This document shows, in pieces, positions 60,153-64,000 of a stretch of DNA of 64,000 nt. The number at the start of each line of letters is the position of its first letter. Position 1 is the stretch's first letter. A program made the position numbers and the translations under genes. Origin of the DNA: Escherichia coli (GTDB lineage: Bacteria > Pseudomonadota > Gammaproteobacteria > Enterobacterales > Enterobacteriaceae); NCBI RefSeq assembly GCF_003334405.1, contig NZ_QOWM01000009.1, one strand, 5' to 3'. The notes beneath the pieces are model-generated. The model was given only the letters and a program-made list of their open reading frames with translations, was not told where the DNA came from and searched no databases.

Positions 60153-60440
60153 ATGCTGCACACATTACATCGCTCACCCTGGCTGACGGATTTTGCTGCG
60201 CTGCTGCGTCTGCTCAGTGAAGGAGACGAACTGCTATTATTGCAAGATGGCGTAACTGCCGCAGTTGACGGTAACCGCTACCTTGAAAGTCTGCGTAATG
60301 CCCCCATTAAGGTCTATGCCCTGAACGAAGACCTTATTGCCCGCGGTTTGACTGGTCAAATTTCGAACGACATCATTCTCATTGACTATACTGATTTCGT
60401 CAGACTTACGGTTAAGCACCCCAGCCAGATGGCCTGGTGA
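60153..60440 (+). CDS. tusB: Sulfurtransferase complex subunit TusB
   Basis: 95-aa ORF 7 nt after tusC. Confidence 0.9.
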   Translation: MLHTLHRSPWLTDFAALLRLLSEGDELLLLQDGVTAAVDGNRYLESLRNAPIKVYALNEDLIARGLTGQISNDIILIDYTDFVRLTVKHPSQMAW

Positions 60441-60462
60441 TGGCGGGATCGTTGTATATTTC

Positions 60463-61507
<1,045 letters not shown>

Positions 61508-61591
61508 TCCCTTCGGAGTTTTAGTCACCAGGCGGGCGCTTCCAGTAAGCAGCCCGCTTTGGGCTACTTAAATTGAACGCCTAAAAGATAA

Positions 61592-63718
<2,127 letters not shown>

Positions 63719-63731
63719 GCCTAAGGGTTAA

Positions 63732-64000
<269 letters not shown>

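Overview
The window is a contiguous ~64-kb stretch of Escherichia coli core chromosome, running from the 3' part of envZ through pckA, hslOR, igaA, mrcA, hofMNOPQ, aroKB-damX-dam-rpe-gph-trpS, the yhfZ-yhfS cluster, frlRDCBA, cysG-nirCDB, ppiA, fic, pabA, argD, crp, yheSTU, kefGB, slyD, fkpA, tusBCD and rpsL-rpsG-fusA into the 5' part of tufA. Gene order and protein lengths match my memory of the K-12 map (about 3.47-3.53 Mb, reverse-complemented here); this was not checked by alignment. I call 66 protein-coding genes (two truncated by the window edges), no rRNA or tRNA, no IS element, transposase, integrase or prophage gene, and no CRISPR array. Many ORF-track starts are over-extended (the track takes the longest ORF and accepts GTG/TTG); I moved these to internal starts that match known protein N-termini. 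I do not see evidence of an inserted or foreign novel system. The least understood module is the eight-gene yhfZYXWVUTS operon next to the fructoselysine (frl) locus. Other points worth a second look are a non-canonical FIC motif in Fic, short repeats and palindromes in three divergent promoter regions, the short 156-aa rpsG allele, and a strong one-strand Chi bias. All calls rest on reading translations and motifs by eye; no searches were run.
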